Below, one piece after another: positions 40,126 to 53,245 of a DNA stretch of 64,000 bases. The notes beneath the pieces were generated by a model that was not told the DNA's origin, searched no databases, and saw nothing but the letters and a program-made list of their open reading frames with translations. Made by a program: the position numbers and the translations under genes. Origin of the DNA: Lytechinus pictus (lineage: Eukaryota); contig NC_087245.1 in assembly GCF_037042905.1 (NCBI RefSeq), forward strand, positions 39,310,001 through 39,374,000, in the 5' to 3' direction. The first letter of the stretch is position 1. Each line of letters begins with the position of its first letter.

Positions 40126-41247
40126 AAAATCTGAACTAAAGACCTACCATTTGCAGCCAATTAGTGAATAATATGTGACATATTGGGGAGCCGGTGTCTT
40201 TGAATGTTTTTCACAGATAAAACTAATAGTGCATTTTACACAAATGCTGTTCATCATCATTGACATGAATTTCCAGTGTGCTGTTTTGTTTTGGCAGTCA
40301 CGGATGTGCGAAGCAAGGAAGTTGAATACCTCTTAACAATAAGAGAGATTAAAGTGTTATTTTTTCCTGATCAAAGAAATTACGTGTTATTTTGCAGTCA
40401 ATTAATCTCAAACTTTGCAATTCTGTGAAGTATCCTGAAGGCCATGATTTGCCACTGTAAGAAGTCAGAAATTGTTTTTTAAATAAATGAATTTTAATTC
40501 AGTGAAACCAACATATCTCTACATCTGGACAGATATGCTAGAATTCTGTGGTTATGTATCCGTTCATAAATTACAAAAATAAATAAGTCCATAGACTCTT
40601 TATTGATTATGACAGTTATTTTTTTCCATTCATACTATGGATGGTTTATAGGCATAATTTTGTTATGGTATTACTACACGATTGCGAATTCTTGAAAAAA
40701 AAAATATTTAAGCATGGAGCAAATAGGAGAAAAGCTTGTTTGAAAAGTCACATCCGAATTGCCAATTTGCGTTGCACTGATTGAAATTCGAGAACACATA
40801 ATTCACTTTGAAATATAAATTTTAAAATATAAGGAAAATTAAAGTTGTTTCCCGAACCGTTCGTCTTATTAAGCTGCTGACTGCTGTAGCGATCTTCTAA
40901 AGCCAGATTCGTAATCGGGATTGCTTTTTTTATGTTCAACTAAACTGAAAGCACGTTATAGTAGCAACTGGCATCTTAACAACAAATACTCACATCATAA
41001 CATACGTCGATATTTCCTTCCTTTCCGTTTGGCGATTAACTGACCCCTATCTGGATTATAACGGTGGTTATATCATGATTATGCACTGTAGACCAAAATA
41101 CTATTCAACTTGGTTTACTTATTCAAACACATTTCAACAGTCAGAGATCATATTAAATGACACAACACATAAGTATGATGACATCATAATAAAACCCTTC
41201 ACAAAATTAAACAATTTGAGTTGAGACGTTTCAGGGGAAAGATTCCA

Positions 41248-44200
41248 TCACACTGGCCTCCAGTTATGATGAATGAATTTATGCAATTTCTTTGCTTCAA
41301 GACCGCTAAGACCAAGGTCTGATTTCAGCATGTCTTCGGACAGATCTGACGCCATCTCACCATCGATCTTGTTGTCCCTGATCTGTCCTTTATATTTATC
41401 AAGGCTTAAGAATTCCAAGGCTTTGCATATATCATCAATCGTCAGGCCACGAAGGTCCTCAGGAAAGTCTTGAATGGTCGCAAACCGAGCGGGGTCTGAA
41501 GCGCTAACGACTCGGGCTTGACTGATCTTAGTCGAAACGTGTGGAACTACTGGATGGTTGAGGGCGGGCTCACGCGGTGATACAACTGGTTTGTTCGGTG
41601 AGATTGGTGGTTTCTGTCCTGCAGGTAGAGCTGGCTTTGGTTTAACTGGAATCGGTGGTGGGGATTTCTTAGTGGGCTTGTTGACCTCCTGATCAAGAGG
41701 TTGAGCGTTTGTTGATGAGAGACTGTGATCGTAACTTAGACCAGGAGTACGACGTGTGGGAATGCGAGGCCTTTGTCGAACGGGTTCTGGAGGGGTATCG
41801 ACAAAGACGGATTCGTTGTTTTCTGACTCTGCAGAATAGGTTGAGCCATCACCTGGCGAACGAGGTCTCCTGACCTCATCTAAAACATCACCATCTCCTT
41901 CTCCTCTCGCGTCCACTGACTCAACGTCACGGTCATCATCATCGTCATCATCGTCATCATCATCGTCGTCGTCGTTCTCAACGTCTTTATCATCGTTATC
42001 ATCCTGATCATCGCCATCGTTGGTACCACCGGCACCATCAACCTCATCACCTTCGAACGTGGCTCCATCCGGGATGATCTGTGATCGCCTCTGCTCCTGC
42101 TCTTCTTCGTCCTCTCTCGCAAGCATGGCGAGTAACATCCGCCGGTGCCGAGCAACCCGAACCTCTTCTTCCGTCAGTTCGGATTCATTCTTGTCCTGTA
42201 GATCGGTGAGGATATCCTTTACTGCGCGTTTAGGTTCCTCTGGCTCGGGATCGGCTTCCGGAGTGTTGAACGTGCTCTGCAACAGAAGTGAAACGGTAAA
42301 ATCTTGATATCATTGGGGAGAACAATATATATTAAAGAGTTTTTAGACAGAGGAAGAGATGAAGCATAAGCAGCGATTTAGTGGAATATTACGGTCTGTG
42401 GGGACGAGACAATCGTCTCCCGGGATCGTCTCCCATAGGCTACTGTACAAACTTTGAAAATAGAAGAGGGACACGTCCCGAAGGATCACCGTCAGTGGAT
42501 GAAAGTAATGCTACACGCACATCACCAATGTATGCTATATGAAAATAGCGTAATGACTTTTATTAGTCTATTTGGGCTCACCGGTGTAACTGTGGCCTTA
42601 TGGACGATGGACCTGTTTCATAAAGACTTTTAAAGATGCAAGATTTCTATAACAATTTTCCTATCGGCCAATTTAATTGAATGATTTATTAAACTGTTAA
42701 TGACAATTTGTAATTATATCAAGTTTATGAAACGGACACCTGATCAAGACATCGACCTTAAGACCTTCTTTGGCATGTATATACCTATATTGTTCTACGG
42801 ATATGTGAATGGGATAACACTTCTTACTTCATTTCCAGACGAAAATAACCTATACGTCACTGACTAGGCTAACGTGAGATTAATTGACCTACCATGTTTG
42901 GATTCCGTCCTCCTGATGACGTAGAGGGCGTCCTAGAAGGTGTCCTTGTTTTGGTACTGGATGGCCTTTGCTTGATGATGCTCCCGATGGACACGATCTT
43001 GCTCGGTGCTTGCTCCTCGTACGGACATGCTGCCTTCGCCTTGGATTTCTTCGTTTTCTCAGAAAACTCGTAGATTTGAATATCTTAAAAGAAAAATGAA
43101 AGGGAATACGAATCGTGACTACTAGTACTGTCAGTAAACGTATTATAGGTGTGTTATCACAACTCATCGGCTTTCAATAACTCTCAATGTCAGCACTTTG
43201 TAGATTGTCAAGCCCGTCTTACACTATGCGATTCGGTGCGAGCCGAATTTCAAATTAATTGTGATAACATTTGATATGGATATTCCAACTAATAAATTAT
43301 TACGGATCAGAGTTCAGAATAGTGGTAGGACTACCAGTTAGAGCCCCCCTGAATGAATAAAAACAAATTCAATTCCAAATCGTAATGACGTCATCATCGG
43401 CTGCGACTTGAAGCCGATTTGGACTTTACTCCGACCATAGGGCTTGTCGCAAAGTAAAAATATGATTTTAGTTTTCCTAACAATATGCCAAACTTAAAAT
43501 AAAATAATAATACTTCTTGGAACTTCCATATGTAATGCAAAATGCGATTTCTTGAAAAATCGCGTCGCATCGGATCCCATAGTGAGATACGGGGATTAGT
43601 TGAATGGACGTATTATGGCTTTTTGAGACCAACTTAGTCTCTTCAGTTGATGGGTGATTTACAGGGGCGGATCTAGCCTTCGCCAATATGGAAGGGGGAC
43701 GCGGCCCCCCCCCCCCCCCACACGGATCCGCCTATGGGTTTATCAAAAGAATATGTTACAAAATGTTATAATTTCTATACCAAGTAAAATATTCTATAAA
43801 AATATTCATTGAAAAAACATGGAACACAATATCGAATGTAATTGTTGCTTAAATAATTTGATGTCCAACCTTTCAGATACTTTTATTAAATGGGTTGTCT
43901 TTTCCTGGTTACTGATGATCAGTTTCCGTCAATTCATTTCACCATTTTACCGAAAAAAGTTGGACGTATTCATGGTTTATTTATAAAAAAAAAAAAAATA
44001 CACATACGGCAGCCAATGGTTGAAATGTACGTGTTTACAAATGGTATCTGTACCCTTTATTCAGATTAATTTACTCAGTCATGTGTAGTGTCAATAAGGG
44101 CAATAAAACGTCAATGTATAATGCGCTATATAAATGTAACATGTATTGTATATTGTAATGGTACTGTCCTTTCTTGGTAAACTGAACACGCAATATCCAA

Positions 44201-47200
44201 TCATCTTTTTTTATATTTGCTCTCAAAATTTGAGTTACCTGTAACAAAGCAGTTCAAAGTTCAAAGCTATTTGGTATTGATAATGATAATAATCTAGTCA
44301 GCTGCTAATATCTAAGTCGCGGCGAAATTGTTGCAAGGTCTCTATGCAATCGTAACGACTTTGTAGAGACATCGCGGAGACATCTCAGCAGTCGGAGATG
44401 TAATTAGTCTCCGCGACTTCTCTGCAACCGATGGGGATGTCTTGGATACGTCGAGGAGACATTGCGAAGACTAGACAATGTCTCGGATAAGTCGAGCATG
44501 TTCGAATATCATGCGACTCCTCGGAGACTCCATAGTATTTAGGAGGTGTCTCGGAGACGTCGCGGTGACGTCTCTGTAACTAGCCAAATCAGGAGTCGCA
44601 AACTAGTCGTAAAGTAGTCGCAAGCCCAGTGAGATATACCCAAAAGAGTGATAGGAACAAGTGAAATGGTCATACCTGATTTACCCCTGTACATGTTCAA
44701 GTTGACCTTCTTGTTGATGTCGCGTGTCATGGCGTCCATGTAGTCGTCCCAATATGCATCTGGTTCACAAGCCAATTTGGTTGCTATGACAACCTCGACA
44801 TCCATGTAGGCAGGCAGGAACACCACTTTGAGCGTTATATCACCTGTAAATTGGAAAGAGTAATAATGATTATATTACTGGTTGGGATTATATAGCGCTT
44901 TTTGCCAGAGGATAATAATACTAGTAATAATAGCTGTATTTACAAAGCGCCTTTTGCCTGAGGATACAAAGCGCTGCTATTATTACCCCAGCTTTAGCTC
45001 GAGCTACCATCACTGGCGGTCAGTGCATGCAAGGAATTAATCCTGCCGGGTACCCATTCACCTCACCTGGGTCGAGTGCAGCACAGAGCGGATAAATTTC
45101 TTGCTGAAGGAAAACACGCCATGGTTAGGATTCGAACCCACGACCCTCTGTTTGAAAGGCCAGAGTCAGAACCACTAGACCACGACGCGCCCGCAAAGCT
45201 TAACTTTTTATTACCTCGGATTTAGCTCGAGCTACTACTTCATCTTTCATGACAGAACAAGGAAGGGGATAAGCGTCTTACCGTCAGTTATCCTGTTTGC
45301 CTTGAAGATCCTGACCCGGGTCACTTCCTTGGTCTTGAAGTCGCCCTCTATCAGTGGTCCAGAATGCTCCTCGCCCGTAATCTTAATCTGCATGTCATCC
45401 TTCTTAGCGAAACAGAACTTCTTGGGAAGTTTCTCCGCTTCCACGATCTCGCTCATGTACATCGATTTGCGCTTTTCTGTTTGTGGTATTACAAAAAACA
45501 ATATAAACAATTACTATACTCTAATAGGCAGCCACCCCAAATCACCAATAAGTCGCCAGGGAAGGTTCTCACTATAAATAGCCAAAAAATGTAATTTGGT
45601 CTTCAAAAAGCAAAAATATGAAAGTTAGCTTATCTGAAGGAGTATTTATTCTTCTTTATACTGTAAAAAAATTCAAAGTTGTAAGGTTGATTAGAAAACA
45701 GGGTACAAGAGTTTCTTTGACACACGTTTTTGTAGAATGCATAGAAGTTTCATTGAAATTGCATGGTGTGAACATCTCATGCTTGAGCGAACCTGAACTT
45801 CAAACGATTTCACCTTATTTTCTGAAGCTCTTGTTGTTTCTTCTGCATTCAATCAAGTATTTGAGTGAGTTATTGTTGATCAATTTTTACAAATTATAAA
45901 TCATTTCAAAGTTAAGGATGTGCTTTTTTCAAACTAAGAAGAAATATCGTAATTCATTTTGGGACACTTATTTTTTATTTATATTTTTTTTGGGGGGGTG
46001 GTGGGCTCGTCACCTACAAAACCTGACAGCAATGTAAATTCTTGCCATGAATCACAAACTGGATTCATCATGCAATGACGGAACGAGGCAGTAGGGTTTG
46101 AGGGGCATGATAATATGGCACATGGGGAGAATTTTTCATTTTTTTTCAGTTCATTTATTGATTTATTCAAGTCCCGAGCCCCCATCTATATGCCAATGCA
46201 TTTATGAACTAGTATCCAAGTTTTGTGATGATGGGGGCCAAACTCGCATCAAATTGAATCATGACGACATAAAGGTAGCCTTTTAGATACCTACATTATT
46301 GTTTCATTGGAGATATTGGAGGCATAAAAACACACGTTTCATTCTTTTATTTTCATTTTATTTTATCTCCGTTTTTTTTTCATGGAGGTGTATTCCTTTT
46401 TTTTTTTTGGGGGGGGGGGGGGTGACCCGAGCCCCCACCTATATGCCAATGAATTTATGAACTAGTATCCAAAATCCAAAAACTAATTATTCATAGACCA
46501 TAAATTCTGTCTGAGCGTTGTTAATTCGACCTGCCTAGACAAACTTTGAGATCAAAGGGCCGGGTTGTCATGCAGTCTTGGTGCTTTCCCCACGTTTCAT
46601 TAATGGGGTATCTCTAATTGGAATACTACATCGATATATTGTGTTTGCCTTGGACTTTGATATCAAGTAATCATTCGTAAATGACACTGTATTAAAAGTA
46701 TTCTCATGTGGCAGTAATGAGTGATGATCGAGTGGCAATTAAATGGTCGTTTTGCAATAGATGATTGACGCGATGCTGTTCCATGACATCTGCTCCGGTG
46801 ACAATTGCTCCGATGGACAATCTGCACGTTAAGCCATGCAAACATAAATCTTAACCTCCAAAACTAAATAAACCACAGTCCGTATCTTTACATTATTCTG
46901 AACCTACTCCATTACGATCCTAACTCTAAGACCGGAGCAAATGTCGCCGGAGAAAATGTCGTGTCATCAGCGATGCGCATATAGGCTCACCTTTCTTGCT
47001 TTTGACGTCAAACTTAGCACCAATATGAACGGGGAAGCTCCAGTGCCTTCCTTTGGAGTCGGTCGCAATCACTCTCCTCTGCCTCTCCTCCCCATCTATT
47101 CGTAGAATCTGAAGAAGAGATGATAAAACAAATATTGATCGAGCTTGTCACGTGAAGAGTCACGTGATCATCACGTTAATTGGGATTATGTAATATCGAT

Positions 47201-48391
47201 TTATTTTCATTGCAGAAAATTTCTATTCGTGTTCCATATGATGGCAATATTCATTGGTTCATTAGTTTTTCACCCTGATTTTTTCTCTCTTTAATGTCCA
47301 TTGGCTTTTCTCTCTTATTTTGTAATTCATTAGACTATGATATTTCGTCCTATGCGATACCGTTTCTTTCAATAATATTGCATGATTTGCATAATTAATT
47401 CAAGTAATTGGTTCAAATGATTTTTACACTTGTTACTATGTGAATTGTACTGTATGGATGTAATTTTAGAGAATTAATAAGAACAATAAAATATCTTTTT
47501 CAAAATGTGTGAAGGGCTGATTTTTCGTATCACCGAATCCGTTGGTCTCATATCCATTTTATTTTCATTCATTTTGCACAATTTAACACTAAGTCCAAAT
47601 AGACCAAACGGTATATGGACTAAATGGATATTGGACCAGCTGGTTATTAGATGGAATGGCATTAGACTAAATGAAAGTAGACCATGTGGTGAGTGGACGA
47701 ACTTATGGTGGACGAACTTATGGTAGACCAAATGATAGTAGACGAGATGGCAATTGGACGAATTGGCAGTACTATCATCACAATCCCACTATCCCAGTAT
47801 CAACATTGTTACCTCATTCGAAAATTTATCATTGTGCCTCTTATCGTCAGAGCTATTTCCCACATTAATGAAGAAAGGGAACAAGAAGTGTTAGTTCAAG
47901 CTACACCATCACCACCACCACCACCACCATCATCATCACCACCACCATCATCATCGTCACCATCATCATCATCATCATCATCGTCATCATCATCATCATC
48001 ACCACCATCATCATCGTCACCACCATCATCATCATCACTATCATCATCACTATCATCATCATCATCATCACTAAACAACTATGCACCACCACTATTACAT
48101 CTCCTTCCGCAAGTTTCTGTGTTCCTTATCATTACATTCATTTACCACCTTTATGAATAGGAACTCGAATTATAACAATACAAGCAACATCAACATCACC
48201 ACCACCACCGCAACCACCATCGTTATTATTACCTCTCCTTTCGCAAACTTTTCCTTGTGCTCCATATCATCAGATCCCTTGACAACCCTGATAAGGAGAG
48301 GGAACCCGAAGTAGGCTGGTAGCTCCTGGAGTCTGAACGTTTTATCCGTCCACATGACCTCCCGGACCCTCTTATAGTCTACCTCCTCCAT
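41248..48391 (-). CDS. Gene C: CABIT-like + acidic/Pro-rich + C-terminal SAM adaptor (GAREM-like), 6 coding exons, 619 aa
   Basis: Exons 48391-48233, 47108-46991, 45476-45282, 44843-44676, 43083-42893, 42276-41248. GT-AG introns, phases 0,1,1,1,0, open frame of 1860 nt. Ends PEDLRGLTIDDICKALEFLSL...KIDGEMASDLSEDMLKSDLGLSGLEAKKLHKFIHHNWRPV (GAREM-type SAM). A probable 5'UTR acceptor lies at 48563-48562. Confidence 0.9.
43212..43593. mobile_element. MITE with ~29 bp imperfect TIRs in gene C intron 4
   Basis: CCCGTCTTACACTATGCGATTCGGTGCGA / TCGCATCGGATCCCATAGTGAGATACGGG. Confidence 0.6.
43662..43736. mobile_element. 75 bp deletion derivative of the 36174-37972 family, in gene C intron 4
   Basis: CAGGGGCGGATCTAGCCTTCGCCAAT ... 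GGATCCGCCTATG; flanks GATTTA/GGTTTA. Confidence 0.7.
44870..45192 (-). mobile_element. Near full-length tRNA-derived SINE in gene C intron 3
   Basis: Minus strand: GGGCGCGTCGTGGTCTAGTGG (A box), GGTTCGAATCC (B box), core CACTCGACCCAGGTGAGGTGAATGGGTACC, then an AAGCGCT...(TAT)n tail. The head is nearly identical to 58005-58154. Confidence 0.88.
47903..48072. repeat. (CAT/CAC)n microsatellite in gene C intron 1
   Basis: Direct triplet run. Confidence 0.95.
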
Positions 48392-50882
48392 CGTTGCCCC
48401 AGGTATACCCGACCTTTCACTTTCCTCCAATTCTATTCCAACCAGTTTTCCACGACGAGGTTGCCAATAATTTTCTACGAGCGATAAGGTGTTGGCTCCC
48501 CAGCTGAATTTTCACAGGTTAATCATAGCGTCTCAAGTATCAATCGTTGATAAAAAAAAATCTGTTAAAAAGAAATTTAATTTCATGAAATAATTACAGT
48601 TCCATTAAGTATTTTGCCCATCAATAGTATTTCAGACCAATGTTACATAATATAAGAATCACATAAAATATAAACTCAAAGTTTATCATTTAAGAATGCA
48701 TTTACATTGCAACATTCATCAGATTTGCAGAGAAATACAGAAAATACACTTTGGAAAGGTCCTTGCAACTAAAAAAAAAGGAACATGGATATATTTTTTT
48801 CATGTATGTTCTTGGGCTTCGGCCTGTTCTAAATGGTAGCATTTTTTTTAAATTAAATATTACGCTTGAGACTCGCAAAAATTGGTTTGCGTCAAAATGC
48901 TGATTTTCCTGCCGTATCAAGGAAAAGGTGAAGAAACGAACCGACCCTACTGAACACCCTACCACTCATATAATTTAAAGAGAATATCCAGTGTAACCAT
49001 ATTATCAAAGTCCACATTTTTATCCTTCTGGACATACATGTATATTTGTCCGTTGTTATGGTAACGATTGTTTACCTTTGCCAATGGAATGCATTAATTG
49101 GTCACCGTTAGACAAATAACAGTAGTTAGCTGATGATATCAGCTTAACATGTACAGATAGGTCAGGTAAATCGAGGTAAATAGATCCATGTTTGAGTTAA
49201 TGTCTAGGATATGTGATGTACAGTGGCATACCGATTCAAAACGTGATTACCGGTACTCAAATAGATTTTCATTACTGACATCTTTATCAGTTACTGAAAG
49301 AGCTGGCATGATTGTCATTGCAAGTAATATCGATCTTTTTCTCTTCATTAGTATGAAATGAAATAAAAAAAATCACGAAATACATGTTTACGGGTTGCTT
49401 GTTCAATAAACAACTGAAACCGCAATCTCAAAACTGAAACCCAAGCACTATATAGATGAGTCATGCATGATGTGCACCTGTGTTTTTTTAAAACCAATTC
49501 TTACTTTTATTCATACTTGCTGATTATTGATAATGGCAAAAACAGTTATTTTTATTATTCGGAGAGAACTGGGAAAATAACAAAGATATGGAAACCACTA
49601 GATTTCGACATATTTGTCGTTAACTGTCGAATTGATCACGTTCGTACAATTGTTACCCTTTATAAGAGAGAGAGAGAGAGGGGGAGGGGGAGGGGGGTAA
49701 TAATTCTCAAAGCATTAATAATAAATCATTAAGTGATTAAATTTTGGTATGCATTGTATGCATACAGGAAAAGGTATTTATACACTCTATGAACGCGAAT
49801 ATCTTGATCCCTGATCCAAGATATTTGTTTAAAATGTAATTATATCTGGAATTCCGGTGTCGGAATTCATAAATACGAATGAATCATATTCAAGAACAAT
49901 TAGATATCGTTGCATAAAAATGTTTTGTAACATTGCAGAGATTAATAACGTGAAAGGGGTTCAGCTTGGGCCGGGTTCTGGCTGACGTGCCACATATATC
50001 CTCTGATCCAATTCAATAATTACTTTATTCCCACTGAAAAACACCAACTTATCACTGCATGCCTCGCTGAAAATAGCTTTATGCAGATTGCTGGTAACTT
50101 TGTATATTGCATATTTTTATGATTCATAAATAAGAATTCAAATAAACAAACTATTATTATTATTGTTATAATAATAATTATTATTATAACAAACGGACAA
50201 ACATACTAAATATATGTTTTGCTCTGTAGGTCTTTTTGGCAACCTTATGAACGCATAATAATTCATATCATTTTGATGACATATTAATTTCAACGCTTAA
50301 TTTGAACTCATATCATTTGGATAGTTCTTTATTAATTTAATCTCATATTAATTTCAGATTCATTAATTTATTGTCCTCACTGGATATTCAATCTGTTGGC
50401 ATTACAAAATATACATACATTATTTACATAGATTATACTGCACAACAATTCAATTAATATACATGTATATGCACACCATAGATATTCGCATAAACAAACA
50501 AATAAAAAAAAAGGAACTAATTTCGTTTTGTTAATAAACGCGTAGTATATTTCATGGATTGGTGTCTCCATGGCAATTTAAAAGTTATATCTATTAAACA
50601 GCTATACCAGACTCATCCCAAAGGGTAGCCCCAAAAACAAAGCGTGAACTAACAATAAAATTCCTGATGACGTCATCGCTTCTTAGAAAGTCCTGCTTGT
50701 TAAACCAGGAAGTACTATTGAGGAGAACGTTATTTTTCTATCAAAAATATTTGAAAGAATCCCTGGAAGTGGATGAACAACAACAAGAAGAAAAAAAAAT
50801 ACGTGGATGACGAAAAGGGGAACAATGTAAAGTTAGGATTTTCTTGACAAGGGGTCGTGCGTCGTGGTCATGAACAATGCAC

Positions 50883-51019
50883 GGGAGCGTTTCATGAAAG
50901 GTGTTGTCAATGGGTTTCACTGCTTAATTTGCTGTCAACCAATCAGATGCAAGGATGTACAGTAGCTTATCACATCTGTCATTGACAATCACTGGCAAAA
51001 CTTTTTATGAAACGCTCCC
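50883..51019. mobile_element. Small MITE; related copies at ~42610-42740 and ~59966-60130
   Basis: TIR GGGAGCGTTTCAT / ATGAAACGCTCCC with an internal CCAAT. A matching right end occurs at 60115-60129. Confidence 0.7.
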
Positions 51020-51639
51020 CTAGATCCCCACATTTCTATAAAGACCAAGGTCCGGACCAAGGGTTACTTTCTTTAACGTATACCAAGCATGGACTAGCTC
51101 TATGCGTATACGATGCCCGGTAAATATAGCACGCAGGCGAAACATGCGTCAAATTGGGTATTCATTGGAAATAATTACTAATTAGCTATAAGGTTGGACA
51201 GTGTGGGTTAATTGTTAATTGTTGCTAAGCTTCATGTATGTAAGGGGTAAAATACAATATCGGCTTAATTATTACACGGTAAAATAAAGAGTTAGGGTGA
51301 AATGTGGAAACATAATGGGTAGATTTATATAGTTCTCAGGTTGAGAGATTAATATCTGACATAATTATATGTTTAATTGTTTAGTTGCTGATACTTCCAC
51401 AAATCCAAGTTTTTTTTTTAAATGGCCTATTATTTATATGCATTCATTCCATAGACAAGTCAATGTTGCATGTCATCTAATTTGTATTCATATACCAAAA
51501 AACCAAACAAAAGAAGCATGGTAAAACAAGTTATGTATAACAAAATATTAAATTCAAGTGATTTTAAATGAAATATTACAATATAAAATTATACAAAATT
51601 AATAAACATAAAACTGACATTTTAATAATACTGACAACC

Positions 51640-51880
51640 ATTATTATAATAATAATTATTGTTATTATTATAATGTAATCATAATAAGAATAAAAACTTA
51701 TTACCATTATCATGATCATGATGATGATAATATTATTATTATTGTTATTATTTCTATTATTGCTTTTATTGTTATTATTATTACTATCATTATTATTAAT
51801 ATTATTATCCTCATCATTATTAGTATATTATTGTCATTAACATATTATTATTAGTATCATTATTATCATCATTATCGTTA
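51640..51880. repeat. (TAT/CAT)n low-complexity tract
   Basis: Direct inspection. Confidence 0.85.
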
Positions 51881-52996
51881 TCCCTACGGTAAGTACTGTT
51901 GCTATCAAATATTACTCTCATCAAAAATTTATATAGGAGCAAGTATTTTGATCATGTATGGATGTAATGCTGAGTCCATCGAATGCTTATTTACTAAATT
52001 GCATCTTAATCATCAATGATTACATCTTTTTCCTTCTCACAGGTATTGATGAGATAGTTGGTTTTGTAATTTACACAATATGGCTTGGGGGATTGATATT
52101 CCAGTCATTAAATAAATGTAGAAAAATATAACCAATGAACAAAAACATATCCCACGAAAGCAGGTTTCCCAAACTAGTATCGGCAGAATTGTAACACGCA
52201 TCTATATTCGTATACATAATTCGCCTTCCTAAAACCACCCACCACAATATATAGTTTTACTAGAAAATGGAATATATTCGACAGTGATTCTCTCGTGTTA
52301 TAATGTACCTAAAGCAAATCTGATTTTTCACGTCAATAATGGAACGCTATATACCGAAATATAGTCAAGTTATATGTTAAGTTTTTAAATTAGATTCAGT
52401 TTTTCAAAATGAATGAAACGAACATATACTTACTTACTTTAGTGGCCTCACCGATGTTGAACAGACGCACTCCTCCAAATCTGGCGACGTTTATACCGTC
52501 ACTTCTGTCCTAAACTTTCAGTAGATTCAGGAGTTCTGATCTCTTGAAGAGAAAGTTAAGCAGCCACTTCCATTGTCGAAGCTTACTTCCGCATCCTTCA
52601 GTGACAAAAAACAACGGATCCCCCTCCAAGAAAGGGAAATCCCTGTGCTCGAAAAAAAAATTGAATGAGACCTACGTCAATATAATTGGTACAGTAGTGT
52701 ACTATTCCAGTGCAGTGGTAAAAGAGCTCGCACACACAGTATGGAGTACACAACAATAAGCATGCGTGCAACCCAACAACCCGAGCGCTCAACCATAATA
52801 AGAAGAAAAGACACGACACTGCTATATAAAAGAGGGAAGTGTCATTCAAAAAAATATAATATTCAGGGGACAGTCCAAAGGTCTTTTACAATCAATTCAG
52901 TAAAGCCACTGAGTATAAAAGCGAGCGACCCCCCCCCCCATCAGTAAGCTTGTTTGAAATTCGGTAACATCTCGTGATTGTTTGAGGGCGGCACTA

Positions 52997-53245
52997 AGAT
53001 GAAGGAGAAGAGGAGGAGAAGATGAAGAAGAAGAAGAGGAAGGAGAAGAAGAAGAAGAAAAAGAAGGAGGAGGAGGAGAAAAAGAGGAAGGAGGAGAAGA
53101 AGGATGAGGAGGAGGAAAAGAAGAAGAAAAAGAAGGAAGAAAGAAGAAGAAGGAGGAGGAGAAGAAGAAGATAAAGAAGAAAGAGGAGAAGAAGAAGAAA
53201 AAGAAGAAGGAGAAGAAGAAGAAGAGGAGGAGGAGAAGACGAAGA
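52997..53245. repeat. (GAA/GGA)n polypurine tract
   Basis: Direct inspection. Confidence 0.95.

Noticed and set aside
45110..45192. tRNA-like A/B box sequence (also 58075-58154 and 39650-39718)
   Set aside because: Each continues into a SINE body, so these are SINE heads rather than tRNA genes.
7375..48391. Assigning the symbol GAREM1/2 or THEMIS to genes A-C
   Set aside because: The similarity is at family level and recalled from memory; orthology needs a phylogeny.
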